From Azolla caroliniana (Eukaryota > Plantae > Polypodiophyta), in contig JBHGNT010000018.1 of assembly GCA_043228905.1 (NCBI GenBank), forward strand, positions 9,362,001 to 9,426,000: a stretch of 64,000 nt of DNA, written 5' to 3'. The notes under the pieces were generated by a model. It was not told the DNA's origin. It saw only the letters and a program-made list of their open reading frames with translations, and did no database searches. The translations under genes and the position numbers were made by a program. Below, piece by piece: positions 38,094 to 51,589 of the stretch (position 1 is its first letter; each line of letters opens with the position of its first letter).

Positions 38094-38135
38094 TGAGGGT
38101 GCGATAAATGCCGAGTTCAATTCTCGGTATGCCCC
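38094..38135 (+). pseudogene. 3' half of a tRNA-Pro pseudogene
   Basis: TGAGGGTGCGATAAATGCCGAGTTCAATTCTCGGTATGCCCC matches 50741-50782. Confidence 0.7.
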
Positions 38136-38341
38136 TCATAACAATTATACGAAGAATAATGTTGATAATTCAACAAATTTACAATGTTCACAATTGTATG
38201 TGTACATGTTGGCGCATCAACATGTATTGCAACATGGTGTCGCGGTGTAGTTTGTGACCATGTGTCGGACCAACTTGACTTACCCTACAGTACGTTGTTT
38301 TCTTGATTTGTGACGTTATTCTCGTTGATGTCATACATTAG

Positions 38342-38415
38342 GGTTTCGTGGTGTAGTTGGTGATCACGTCAGTCTCACACACTGAAGGTCTCCGGTTCGA
38401 GCCCGGACGAAGCCA
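38342..38415 (+). tRNA. trnV: tRNA-Val (anticodon CAC)
   Basis: GGTTTCGTGGTGTAGTTGGTGATCACGTCAGTCTCACACACTGAAGGTCTCCGGTTCGAGCCCGGACGAAGCCA folds as a cloverleaf with intact A and B boxes. Confidence 0.88.
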
Positions 38416-38994
38416 ACCTATTCATAAGTTTTATTTCTTACTTCTCTTTCTACCTATTCATAACTAGCCCTATATTGTATTCTTCTTTCTCCTAGTCCAA
38501 AACCTCAGTTTTATTTCTTACTTCTCTTTCTACCTATTCATAACTAGCCCTATATTGTATTCTTCTTTCTCCTAGTCCAAAACCTCAGTGGTTCCCACCT
38601 GACTTAGGCAACGATTCGGAGCCGAAAGGCACGACTTCTCTTTCTTACAATCTAAATATTGATTAAAAAACACATGGGATTCACAAGTTTTATTTCTTAC
38701 TTCTCTTTCTACCTATTCATAACTAGCCCTATATTGTATTCTTCTTTCTCCTAGTCCAAAACCTCAGTGGTTCCCACCTGACTTAGGCAACGATTCGGAG
38801 CTGAAAGGCACGACTTCTCTTTCTTACAATCTAAATATTGATTAAAAAACACGTGGGATTCACAAGTTTTATTTCTTACTTCTCTTTCTACCTATTCATA
38901 ACTAGCCTTATATTGTATTCTTCTTTCTCCTAGTCCAAAACCTCAGTGGTTCCCACCCGATTCACGCAACAATCCGGAGCCGAAAGGCACGACA
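38416..38994 (+). repeat. Tandemly amplified 3' end of a family-B LTR
   Basis: TTTTATTTCTTACTTCTC...CCTAGTCCAAAACCTCAG occurs 4 times. CCGAAAGGCACGAC occurs 3 times at a ~179-bp period, ending GGCACGACA at 38994 and followed by ACGT. Confidence 0.85.
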
Positions 38995-39047
38995 ACGTGA
39001 AAGATGCGGTAGGAAGGATCAAGTCGAGGATCGACTGATCCTTGTAG

Positions 39048-40800
39048 ATGACATCCTCAAGTAATCAAGTGGGAGAGTTCGAAAGGATGATGGCAATCGT
39101 CGAACAAATGATGAGATCTCGGGACAACGATGCGAGCGTGGAGAAGGCTGTCGACCGTGTTGTGGAGCTCGAGGGTCAATTTGATGGAAGGAACATTACA
39201 AAGTTCCTTGACGCATACAAAAGGGAGATGAATCAGAGGGACGTGTTTGAAGGACGTCAAATTGCGAGTTTCAAGAGAGTTGTCGCCAACAACATCCAAA
39301 GGCGGGTCATCAATCCTCAAGAAGGGAAGACAACGTGGTCCAAGTTTGAGAAAGCAATATTAGCAGAGTTCGTGACAGAAGATCTGTCGAGAATGACTTG
39401 GGATGTCTTGATGAAGTGGATAGAGAAGAAAAATAAGAAGATGAGTGCCTCGAGGGTGTACGAGGAGTTCGACCAAATGTTTAATCGTCTCCCCACCGCA
39501 GACCAAGTGCTACTTGAGGAGGACAAGTCTTTGTACTCCCTGAAAGCTATGGATATGAAGGATATAAGAGAATTGGGGACTCTCCTCGAAGATGACACCC
39601 AAGCGGACGGATTTGTAGCAGACTAGATTGCGGTTAAGTGAACGTGCAACAGGCTCGACAAGCGTCGTCAGTGGGTTGATGACACCAACTTGTCAAGATT
39701 GACCAGGGAGAAAGCGAGACAACCAAACGTGGTTGAGCCGCCCAAACAAAACAGCCCGGAAGAAAAGAAGATTGATGATGACATCATCGAAGAACTGGCG
39801 ACGAAGTTCGAGACGGTCATGCTAGCGAACATGAATCGTCGGGGCCCCAAAGGAAAAGAACCCTTTAGATGCGTGTGGTGTGATAGCATGGACCACATGA
39901 GAAGGGATTGCGCGAGCCGTCGAGATGCTATTTGACAAAATATAGTATACATGGATAACAACATGATCTGCTTGAATGAAACTAGAAGACCCCTGCGAGT
40001 AAATTTCGGAAGAGGAGGAATGAAGAAAGCTATGGAAGATGCTGAGGCGACTCATGTGGATGCGATGCACTATGCTGCATTGGCCGGAATAAGGGTCGGG
40101 AAAGACAAAACTAAAGTTGCTAGAGCGGGAGCAAATTTTTGGTCTTCCGTTCTCGAATATGAGAAGAAGGGAAAAATCACTTCGAATGAGGTAGAGCTTG
40201 CGGACTGAAGTGTGCAAAGTATAACCAGATGGTCGGATCCAGTGAATGACAATACCATACTCACGGAAGTGATGTGCGACAACCACGAGGTGTTCGTGGA
40301 TGGAAAGAGAAAAATAATGGAAGAGCAAGGCCCACCAAAAAGACATGAAACAAGGAACGCAAAAAAGAAAGAAGATGCAGAAGCAAGTTGGGCTTTACGA
40401 ACGGAGGACGTAGACTCAAGCCGAAAAGGGGAGTTGAGCAAATGAGTCGAAGAAACAGTTTGGCCCATGAGGGTTGATGTCGAAAACCCAGCTCGAAAGA
40501 CAAGAACTATGCCTACCTATAAGCTAAGGTCGGACATAGAGTAATCGATAGATCTGAAGAAGATTCTCGAGGAACGTGTTCTCGATAGCCACGTGACCTT
40601 GTCCTTGAGGGAATTGCTCGGCATTAGGAAGAAGGAGTTCCATGATACGATCGTGGACCTTGTAAAGAGAAAAAGACAAAAATCAGATGAGGAAGAAGAG
40701 AAGCTATTAAAAGCAAAAACAAATGCCATAACGATGGCAAGGGACAAAGTCGATGAAGACATGGTGGACAACCACTATACTCGACCTCATTGGGCACAAG
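39048..40800 (+). pseudogene. Gypsy gag-like gene related to element B (zinc knuckle CVWCDSMDHMRRDC), with several stops
   Basis: FDGRNITKFL resembles FNGNDVSCYL of element B. In-frame ORF pieces run 39048-40841. Confidence 0.7.
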
Positions 40801-43800
40801 TGTTTTCCGCTGGAATGGTAACCGCCGGACCTAACGCTTAAATGAATAGAATATATTATTAGAAGCGTTAATGAAATGCATGTAACGGTTCATGCAAGGA
40901 GCATAACAGACTAAAAGCCTTGTGTATATAAAGGGCGGAAATCCTCTATAAAAAGGGAGCGTGTATTTTTGAGCGGTACCTTCTGTAATACAATATTATC
41001 TTCTCTAATTTCCTTGTCTATGCAAGTTGTCTACTAATTCGGTGTTGTACTCCGTTTGTAACTGTGGGCTAGTAAGCATAAGGTAAGTGTGTATATGAGA
41101 TCACGCACTGGTGAGCTTCGGTTGTAACCGTCTCCCCTGCACACACATACGGATCTATTCCTTGCATTGAAATCACCTTGAACTCTACCTCAAAGGACCG
41201 AGAGTAGACAGTGTTCCTAATCGATTACACTTTTGGCACGCTCGGTGATCTGTGGTTTCGCACAGACGAGCAACAAGGTATGGATGACTAGCCATAGACG
41301 AGCCAGAGAACCGACCCGACAAGACCGACACGGACGAGGTCAATCACTCACCAAATAGAAGAGCGCGCTAAGTGAAAACCTCACCTTAGCGACCATGTCT
41401 TCTCCTTTCAAGAGTACACGGTAGGTTCCACGCTCACAGAACAACGCGACGTCGACCACAAAGCCCTGTTGCCACACGACCAAGGTAGTGTGAATAAACG
41501 CCACAATAGTCCACATCGCGAAAGCAGGAGTCTTCCCTTGCTGATCGTCACCACAGTGTCCGGAATGGCTTTCTCATACCCCCGTTTTAACGGTGAAACA
41601 GACGTTGCTAGCCACATCTGGCTATTCCTCAATGTTTGGAATGCTAATCACATGGCGCAATGGTTTCCGGAGGCGGAAGCTCACGAATCAAAGATCGCCG
41701 AGTTCAAGTTAACTCTGGATGGTCGAGCGGCGTGTTGGCATTCTCAGATGGACTTGGCAGCAATCACAACCTTCGATCAAATGCAATTGGCGTTCTTGCG
41801 GTTTTTTCATCGGAGGGTACCGCAATGAGAAATCATCGGGTAATTCTAGACCATCAAGCAGTTGCCAACAGAATCCGTAGCGGATTTTAGTTTGCGTTTC
41901 CAGAGTCTACGGCGGCATCTTACACAGCCTCTGACAGACAAAGAGGCTAGGGAAACATTTTTGGCAGCTTTACGGCGACCTATCTGGACGACGCTGAACA
42001 CGCATAGTGTGAAAGGGGAGATAGACGATATGGTCATCGAGCGAGCATTGCGATATGGGTAATTCTACACCATCAAGCAGTTGCCAACAAAATTCGTAGC
42101 GGATTTTAGTCTGCATTTCCAGAGTCTACGACGGCATCTTACACGGCCTCTGACAGACGAAGAGGCTAGGGAAACATTTTTGGCAGCTTTACGGTGACCT
42201 ATTCGAACAACGTTGAACACGCATAGTGTGAAAGGGGAGATAGCCGATATGGTCATCGAGCGAGCATTGTAGCTCGAATTAGAGGAAGACGATGAGGGAC
42301 TGACCATGGCATTGCTACGCCAGGCGTTGCCTTAGGAAGAGGAACATCAATTTCGCCAGGCCATTCAATGTACACTGGTGCCACGATTCCAACAGGTCAT
42401 GGAAAATCTCATAAGGGGCAAAACCGGATTAGATGTCTCAACCAATTTTGTGGAGTCTAGTACTAGACTAACAATTGTAGATCATCACAATCCAACCATT
42501 AAGTTGGTACTACAAGGTCAGGAAATCTCGAGGTGTATCATTGATGGGGGGTCTGGTGTTAATGTCATCAGTACGAATACATGCGCACGATTAAGAATTA
42601 CAAATTGGGAAGCATGCCCTTCTGGCTCTACATGGCGGACACCCGCTTTGTCAAACCCCTAGGGTTTATCTGGAAATTAGGCATTGTTGTTGGCGGCCAT
42701 TGCTTTGACATCTTTGCGGTAGTGCTCGCACTAGACGCTTCGGGAGCGTTGTCACGAAAATACGACGAGGATACGTGAACTTGAGGCAGGACCCCGGGGC
42801 CTCCGACCGGAAGATATGAGATTCGTGCGTTTATATTTTTAACAATTAACGGAAATAAGAAATTTAATAATTTTCATTAACAAAGGAAAAGAAATTACAA
42901 TATGTCCCAAGATTGGGATTCAGAAGTTTAGGTTTACTAAGTTTAATATAAAAGAAAAATTAGGGGTTTATGAGAGATATGGCTTCCGTAGGGAAAATTA
43001 CGGCTTTTTAGTGTTATGGCTTCCGTAGGGAAAATTAGGGTTTTTGGCTTCTGTAAGGAAATTAGAGGTTATGAGAGATATGGCTTCCGTAGGGAATTTA
43101 GGGTTTATGAGACTTATGGCTTCCCTAAGATAAGGGAGCTGAGAAGGAAAAGAAAAATTAAAAATATGGAGAGAGAGTCGGATGTGTAAAAGAATGGAAT
43201 ATATATAGAGTTCCCCGTTGATCATATGCCTCCACTTTTTGTTGCATGGCCTCTACTTTTAGTTGCATAGCTTTTTCTTTTAGTTGCATGTGACCGTCCA
43301 CATGACCTTTACTTTAGTTTTCTTCACTTCACTTTAATTAGCCACATGATCCTTTTATCCGTTCAGTTTTCGTCCAGCCTCGTTCAGTCACCGGTTGCGT
43401 TCGGTCGCCGATTGCCGCCACCGGTTCCGGTTTGCTTTCTGGCCGGTTTTTAGTTTTGCTTACCAGCCGGTTTCCGGTTTTGCTTACCGGCCCGGTTCTG
43501 CTTTTGCTTACCGGCCCAGTTCCGGTTTGCTTCTCGGCTGGTTCCGATTTGCTTCTCGGTCAGTTCCAGTTTGCTTACCGGTCAGTTTCCGATTTTGCTT
43601 ACTGGCCGGTTTCCGGTTTTTGGGAACTTAGCCACCATCATCCATCAAGACAAAGTGGCCAAAGTGCTCTTAACACAAATAAAAATGAGGGGTCTCAAAG
43701 TGCTTATATAGCCAGGGCCTTAAGTTTCCTATCTATGTGGGATAAATCATAGTTCTTTATTTTTCCTATCTTCTCAAACATCCATCTTTTTATAACATGC

Positions 43801-44033
43801 CATTAAGCTAATATAAAGTACTTATTTTATTATTTATTATTATTATTTACATAGTGTGAGAAGATTCACATGACAGCGTACCCAATATTGCTTGGCAAAC
43901 CTTGGCTACGCTCAACCAACATCAAACAGAATTGGCAGCATAATTGTATCAGCTTTCGGCGAAGCCGAAGCAATGTTCGTGTGCCCACTTAGGAAATGAT
44001 GGCACCAACCAAGGGCATAACACCATTATACGT
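40801..44033 (+). mobile_element. Degenerate non-chromoviral Gypsy element (LTR ~40801-41228, PBS TGGCACGCTCGGTG, gag and protease)
   Basis: LTR TGTTT...GATTACA. Gag at 41546-42380 with an internal ~222-bp duplication. Protease IIDGGSGVN ... GAYPILLGKPWL is split by a solo LTR. Confidence 0.7.
42750..43875. mobile_element. Solo LTR with 4-bp TSD GCGT
   Basis: TGTCACG...CATGACA. GCGT at 42746-42749 and 43876-43879. Removing it restores the host protease frame. Confidence 0.85.
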
Positions 44034-44755
44034 TGTCGTGCCTTTCGGCTCCAGATCGTTGCGTGAGTCGGGTGGGAACCACTGAGGTTTTGGACTGGGA
44101 GAAAAGAAAATTCTAAGGCAATGAAGAATGTGAAATATGTTGTAAGAAAGAAAGATATGAAAAACTCGTGAATCCCATGAGTACAGTGTATTAGTGAGTA
44201 CTTCGATTAAGAGAGAAAAATAGTTAGCAAATTCGTGAATCCCACGATTATATTATATTAATCCACCCTTGTAAAATAAGCAACAACCTATATACATCTT
44301 TCTCTCTTCCTTATATAGTGTTGGAAGAGTCTAAGTTTATTACATGCACATGCAAGCATCATGCTTTTCCTATCTTTAGTTTTCATGCACACTGCATGTG
44401 CATGATTAGTTTTTTATCTAATATTTTCTTTTAACTCGAGTGTCTATGCATGAATAACTTTTTGTATCATTCATGTCTAGAATATTTACATGGGATAAAG
44501 TTTACTATAACTTTAAAATTCATAATACGCTAGGCTTAACATTATTAACATGGAGGTGCAAGGTTCGAATCTTGCCCTATGCATGTAATATATAATTTTA
44601 TACTTTCTTCTATTTACAAATATGTCTCTTCATCTGGTGAGAGACTCTCGCCGGCCTTCTTCATCTGGCTCTTGCCGGTTCTGCTTCATCCGGTTCTCGC
44701 CGGTTTTCTTTATCCGGTTCTTGTCGGGTCTCCTTACCGGTTTCGGTCCTCACTA
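44034..44755 (-). mobile_element. Family-B LTR (truncated), preceded by ACGT
   Basis: TGTCGTGCCTTTCGGCTCC at 44034, highly similar to 9399-10210. ACGT at 44030-44033. Confidence 0.85.
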
Positions 44756-47475
44756 TTACCGGCCAGCAAAGGAATCCAGAGTGTGAAACGGGGAGTTATT
44801 TAAGTAGTAGGAATGTGGTTGTAATTAAGCTATGAGTGTGGACGGACGGACCGGAATCGGTATGCCGTTCCGGATCCGGACCGATCCCGAACAGGTGCGG
44901 ATGGCACCGTTTTGTAATACAGACCGGAAACCTATTTAAAGGCCCGGATACAATGTAATGAATAGCGGTTAATTAATAAAGCTTAGTGTTGTTATCTCTC
45001 TGTGTTAATTGTCGTTCTGCCTTCATTGTTATATCTTACGCATGTGATTATTAAAGACGATCAGGCTAAGTAACCTAATTAAGTCGGATTAAGCGTTGAG
45101 TCTAATCCTGTTGCCGTAACACCCCTTTGGTGAAGTGTCTTCCGTAGACACCCTGTGTTAGGCCATTGTCCGGCCCTAAGAGTTAACACAGTTTTTGGCG
45201 ACCACGATTCCTGTTTTTGCAGCGAACGACGACACGGATGGATGTCTAGATCAACGCACGACTTGGTTACAGATCGAACTCGACGCCTTGCCGAAAGGCA
45301 AAGGAAACGTGAGGCTTTCCAGCAAGAGGCGTAAGAAATTAGAGCGGATCACTCCTTTTCCAACGTAATCTGGAGAGTAGCGGAGGACTCCCTCTGGTTA
45401 CAGCAAACATCGCACCCGGACGACGGCAGGAGCCTAAGCAGCCTCCGAGAAACCGAATCCCTTCTCCACGCGTTGGCAAACGGAGAAGGCGAAGTAGAAG
45501 CCTTTTCAGCATATGAATCAAACTCCGAAGGGGAATACAGCGTGCACACGAACTACCGTAGCAGCAACGAAACCCCGGGCGGACCGGAGGACGAAGGATC
45601 AGACACCTTACCGACACCGGAACCGGAGGTGCTAACGCTAGAAACCCCGGAACCAATAGAGGAAGAGCGACCTCCGACACCGGAAGTCGAAGAGGAGAGG
45701 CCTCCTTCACCAAAAGAAGAGGAAAGACCACCGACACCAGAAACAAATCGGGAAAGACCACCGACGCCGGAGAAAATCCCGGAACGAGCACCAACACTGC
45801 CAGCCCGCGCACCGATACCGGACGACGACATGTCGTTCCAGTACTCCAAGTATAGAGATGATCCGGACGCGGAAGCTCACGTGCACGCTTTTGAACAGAC
45901 CTGGGAAGCCAACCATGTGTCCCAGCGATTGACCCCGGATGAAGAGGAACACTCTAAGATAGCGGAATTTGGCGTCACATTGGAGGGACCGGCAGCAAGA
46001 TGGCGCCGGATGCAGGACCCGTCTACCATCAACACCTTTGCAGATTTAAAAGCTAAATTCTTGCATTTTTTCCAAAAGGAGGTGGACCAGACCGTAATGG
46101 TAGGCTTATTTTATACCATCCGACAGGAGGCAGGGGAGAGCATTCCCCAGTTTGTCATCCGGTTTCAACGGATGCATAGTCAGCTTGCCCGCGCACCCCC
46201 GGAGGAGGAATTACGGACTATATTCCTAAACGCGCTCCGGGAACCCCTACGCATGGTTTGCACAGTAATTGACTTCCGCACAAGTACCATCGACCTGTTC
46301 ATTGACCAGGTGAGAGAGATGGAAAAGACAAGCTCCTGGCTCACACTGGGAGCACTCCAACGGGCGTTACTGTCCGATGAAGACCTCCGGTTTCGGCAAG
46401 CAATACAGTGCACAACCTGCTTGAATTCCGGACACTCGGCTCTAGAATGCACTATGAGGACGCAATGTGTAATCTGTCAATCCAAGGGCCATACGACGGA
46501 TAGGTGAGAGTATAATCTATTGAACCGACAAGCACCGCCCGTCCGACAAATTGAGCCACGCAGCAGCCGGGATGAAGAAGAGGAACGCTGGCGGCGAATG
46601 GACCGTGACCGACCGGTACAGGATGTCTGGTACGACGACCGACGGGAGAATGATGTCCAGTACGGCGATCGACGGGAGAATGATGTCCGATACGGCGATC
46701 GGCGGGATAACTATGACCGGCATGATTGGTACCAGGAGTACAATAGACGATATGAACATTACGACCAGGAGCACTCCCCCGGGTATCGTCAGCAACGGGA
46801 GGAATACGGCAGATATAACGGGCAACCCCGTCAAGAGTACCGCAATAAGAAGAGCTATAACAAAAAACGGCATTTCAAAAAAGGCGGCTACCCACGGGAT
46901 CTGGAACAAGGAGCTCCAAGCAGCCAACCGGTCCAAAACCCCGCGCATACCGCAGGACCTGCCCCGGGTACAACAGACAATGCCGAATCCAGCAATACCC
47001 GGAAAGCCTACTACTACTACTGCCGACAGGAAGGCCATTATAGTAATCAATGCCCGGTGAAGAGCTATGAAAAACGACCGGTGGTAAATATGGTAGTCCC
47101 TGAGGTGGTAGATCTGCAGCAAGTGACCACAAGGTCGAAGGGCACGGCCAAGGAATGGGAGACGCAGGAGACCATCCGGAAACAAGCAACGGAATGGGTG
47201 AAGAAAGCAAACGAGCAGAAATTCACAAACTTACAGCCGCAAAAGGAGAACACCGTAGGGCTTGCCGGCGGTAGTCACTCCGAGAACGAGACATGGCAGG
47301 CGTTGCAAGAATGCCAGATTACGTTGCCACTAGGAAGACTCCTACAACTCGTGCCGAGATTCACGGAAGGACTGAAGACGGCCATGACGGCAGGAGAACC
47401 ATCACCGGCACCAGTACTCTTCTCGAATCCGGAGGAGGGACCAACGGTAGTGGACACCAGCAGTCCGGTAATCAC
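44756..47475 (+). mobile_element. Gypsy element fragment: partial LTR to ~45188, PBS TGGCGACCACG, gag with zinc knuckles
   Basis: ORFs 45473..46507 and 46520.. (CTTCLNSGHSALEC, CVICQSKGH, YYCRQEGHYSNQC). The gag is paralogous to 41546-42380 (KIAEF, LEG.AA.W). Confidence 0.75.
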
Positions 47476-49855
47476 TGTTGGGATTACGGTCCCTTCGGAT
47501 GGGATGGTCGGATGTCGGAGATGAATGCCGACGAGGCCGGTTTCGGTTTCGGAACCGGATGATGGAGACCCCGGCTTCGGAGCCGGATGACGAATGTACC
47601 CGGAGAGAGATCCGGATGCGGGGACATATCTGTGAATATGTTTGCCAAGGGCCCTTGAGGCTATAGTTGTAAATAGCCCCAAAGTCATATGTGTATAAAT
47701 ATGACTTAGGGCAAATAGTTTCTATGTTGCTACCTATTTTTCTGTTTTTCCACTCAAGAGGAGTGAAGAGAGAGCAGCCGTGAGAGAGAGAGAGAGATAG
47801 AGCGTGAGAGAGGAAGAGGTCGACGCCTCTGTGTAATACCGCCGCCTGTGGCGAGGACAGCGAGCTCAAGGTCGTCGCCTTGCAGCTCGCCATTGTATAT
47901 TTCTCTGTGCATAGTTCGTTTGGAGTCGTGTACTCCCGTGGTTTTTCCCGTCTAGGGTTTTCCACGTTAATCTCTGTGTATTCGTGTTCTTTCACTGTGG
48001 TTCCTGTTTTCTGCTGCATTGATTCGTGCTTACTCGGTTGTGGCCGAGCGGTGAAGGTTAATCGGAGCGTCGATTCCTCTACAAACTGGTATCAGAGCGA
48101 GTTGCTGCAGAAAATGGAAGGCGGCGGCAGCGGGCAGCCGGGGATGATGGTGCTGAATGCACAGAATTACGCCGACTGGAAGATCAAGATGGAGGATCTT
48201 CTGATTGTTCGGGACCTGTACGAACCGATTGACAGGTCGGAAATACCGAAGGGGGTACTTGAGTCGGAATGGAGGCTTCTGAACCGGAAAGCCGTTGCAA
48301 CCATTCGGCAATACGTAGACGTGAGCGTTCTACAACATGTGGCGAACGACACCAACGCATATGAGATGTGGCGGAAGCTGTCGGGCCTCTACGAGAGGAA
48401 GAATGCGTTGAACCGGACCTCCCTGTTGAGGAAGATAGTGAACCTCAAGTACCGGGACGGCGAGAGTATGGTGGAACACGTAAGCACGTTCATGGGATTC
48501 GTGAACCAACTTGCGGCGATCAAGTTCCCGTTGGAGGATGCAATGCAAGCCATCATCCTGATGTGTACATTGCCGGAAAGCTGGGAGAACCTGGTGGTGA
48601 CTCTCAGCACATCCTGCACCGAAGATAACTTGTCCCTACAAACGGTAAAGACAAGTATTTTGAACGAAGAAGCGCGTCGGAGAGATAAAGAACCGACCTC
48701 CGACTCGAAGGCGCTGCTTACCGAATCGGAACCGGGAAGACAATGGAACCGGAGTCCACAAAGACGGGAGAAGTCGGGGACCCGGTCGCAGTCAAGAGGA
48801 AGACCCACATGCTTCCACTGTGGGAAGCCGGGGCACTTCCGGAAGAATTGTCGGCATTACCGAAAGGACAACGGAGCCGACGACACCGATTCGAAGAAGT
48901 CACCGGAGAGAAACGGTGCATACCGGGGAGCCACGGACCGGAGAGGTCCGGATCGGCGAGGGCAGGACAGGAAAGGAACGACGGCACTCGCGGCAAGTGA
49001 GGAAGAAATCATGCTCATCACCGAAGAAGGTGAACTAAACATTGCCGGCGATGAGACGACCTGGGTGGTCGATTCCGGAGCGTCGTTCCACTTGACCCCG
49101 GAAAGAAGATACTTCTCATCCTACACAGCCGGTGAACATGGCTGTGTTCGGATGGGAAATGAAGGTACGTGCCGGATTGCCGGCATAGGAGACGTGTGGT
49201 TGACATCCCCGACCGGATGCAAAATGCTGCTGAAGGATGTCCGACACGTTCCGGAGGTTCGATTGAACCTGATTTCGGCCGGGAGGCTAGACGATGAAGG
49301 CTACACAGGTAGCATCCGGAACGGCGTAATGAAGTTCAGCAAGGGGAGCCTGATAGTGGCTCGGGCCCGGAAAGTCAACACACTGTACCTGATGAATGCC
49401 CGGTTATGTCCGGAAGAGCTGAATGTGGCAGCCGACACTGCCGGTGAGCTGTGGCACAAAAGACTGTGCCACATGAGTGAGAAGGGGATGAAGAGGCTTG
49501 CAGAAGACAACCTTATTCCAGTGAAGCATGTGCACCTGGAGAAGTGCACCGATTGCCTGGCCGATAAGCAGAACCGAACCTCCTTCCACTCAAGGCCACC
49601 GACGAGACGTAGCGCACCATTGGAGTTGGTGCACACTGATGTGTGTCAGGTAGAAACGAAGTCACATGGCGGAGCCCAGTACTTCGTGACATTCATTGAT
49701 GATCACAGCCGGAAGCTGTGGACGGCACCGTTGAAGACAAAGGACCAAGTGTTGTCCGTCTTCAAAGAACTCCACGCGAGAGTGGAAAGAGAATCCGGCA
49801 AGAAGCTGAAAGCGATACGAGCGGATAACGGAGGGGAATACCGGGGGCAGTTCGC
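47476..49855 (+). mobile_element. Copia element C6 5' part: LTR 47476-48083, iMet PBS, uninterrupted gag-PR-INT start, truncated
   Basis: PBS TGGTATCAGAGCG at 48087. ATG at 48114 opens a frame with CFHCGKPGHFRKNC, WVVDSGAS, LWHKRLCH and RADNGGEY, ending abruptly at the tRNA-repeat DNA. Confidence 0.9.
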
Positions 49856-50710
49856 GGCAAACAAGAGTCATCTTTTAGTGGTTTTGGAATATTGAAATAA
49901 GCGATTCAGTCCACAAACCCCATTTAAAAAGAGGATCGAGCCTTCTCTACATATGTGACCTGCTTTACGTGAATTGACATGGTTGGCATTCACTCTAACA
50001 TTCATTGTGTGATCTAGTTTATGCGATTTTTGCTATTTCGTGATCACATGACTCTAACATGCCGACAGTCTCGAATTCGAGACCGATGAAACAAACCTAG
50101 ATTTACAACAGAGGACCCTAAATCCTAGTTAGTCCTTCAATTATCCAAAATAACCCTTCACGTCTATATATACACCATATACAATGATACAATTTCCATA
50201 CCAATTTTGTGAGAATGCATTTAATATTACTTATTCAATTATACTACGTCAGATTTATTTTCTTCTTGGTTTGACATTTCCTTCTTACAAGAAATATTTT
50301 CCGCTTGATGTCCGCTATCCTTTAACGCATTTAGAATTATCGTGTGATTCATGGATACGATGCGAGAGGTAGTGCGTTCAATTCTTGCATTGCCTCTGCT
50401 TTAATACGACACCTAATTTAGTTGATAAGTGCATATCTTATCATTGCGCACGCACCCTCATCAACAAATTTCGTCGGCCTCTTTAGAATTCACTACTTTT
50501 GTAAGGTAATTTGTTCTAATCGTCTGATTCTCGTTCAATGTGAAAGTGGTCCTCTCGGAATGCCCACTATTAATAATAGGGATAACCACACTTACGGTAG
50601 TAGAGTTGATAATAAACAGATTTGTTTGTTTCTCCAAAAATATGTAAGGGTAATAATTCAGATTCGCATCTAATTCAATTCTTCACCAAAACCTTCATCT
50701 AGACTTTCGA

Positions 50711-50782
50711 GGGCATTTGTTCTAGTGGTATGATTCCCGCTGAGGGTGCGATAGATGCCGAGTTCAATTCTCGGTATGCCCC
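50711..50782 (+). tRNA. tRNA-Pro(AGG)-like, probably a pseudogene
   Basis: GGGCATTTGTTCTAGTGGTATGATTCCCGCTGAGGGTGCGATAGATGCCGAGTTCAATTCTCGGTATGCCCC resembles plant tRNA-Pro with several substitutions. Confidence 0.75.
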
Positions 50783-50988
50783 TCATAACAATTATACGAA
50801 GAATAATGTTGATAATTCAACAAATTTACAACGTTCACAATTGTATTTCTACATGTTGGCGCATCAACATGTATTGCAACATGGTGCCGCGGTGTAGTTT
50901 GTGACCATGTGACGGACCAACTTGAGTTATCCTACAGTACGTTGTTTTCTTAATTTGTGACATTATTCTCGTTGTTGTCATACATTAA

Positions 50989-51062
50989 GGTTTTGTGGTG
51001 TAGTTGGTGATCACGTTAGTCTCACACACTTAAGGTCTCCGGTTTGAGCCCGAACGAAACCA
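50989..51062 (+). tRNA. tRNA-Val(CAC) degenerate copy
   Basis: Paralog of 38342-38415 with a mutated B box (GGTTTGAG) and stem mismatches. Confidence 0.7.
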
Positions 51063-51589
51063 ATCTATGTTTCTCAAACAACAATCATCGTTTAGTGGTT
51101 TTGGAATATTGAAATAAGGGATTCATTCCACAAACCTCATTTAAGAAGAGGATCCAGCCTTCACTACTTATTAGACCTGCTTGACGTGAATTAACCTAGT
51201 TGGCATTCACTCAAACATGCACTGTGTGACCTAGTTTATGCGATTTTACCTATTTTGTGATCGCATGACGCTAATATCCCGGCAGTCTCGAATTACAGAA
51301 CGATGAAACAAACCCAGATTTACAACAGAGGACCCTAAATCCTAATTAGTTTTTCAATTATCCAAAATAACCCTTCACATCTATATGTACACCATATAGA
51401 ATGATCCAATTTCTATACCAATTTTTTGACAGTGCATTTAATATTACTTATTCAATCATAGCATGTGAGGTTTATTTTCTTCTTGTTTTGACATTTCCTT
51501 TTTACAAGAAATATTGTATACATAGAATTTTGACATGTTTGATGTTCTCTTTCGTCTAACGCATTTACAATTATCGTGTGATTCATGGA

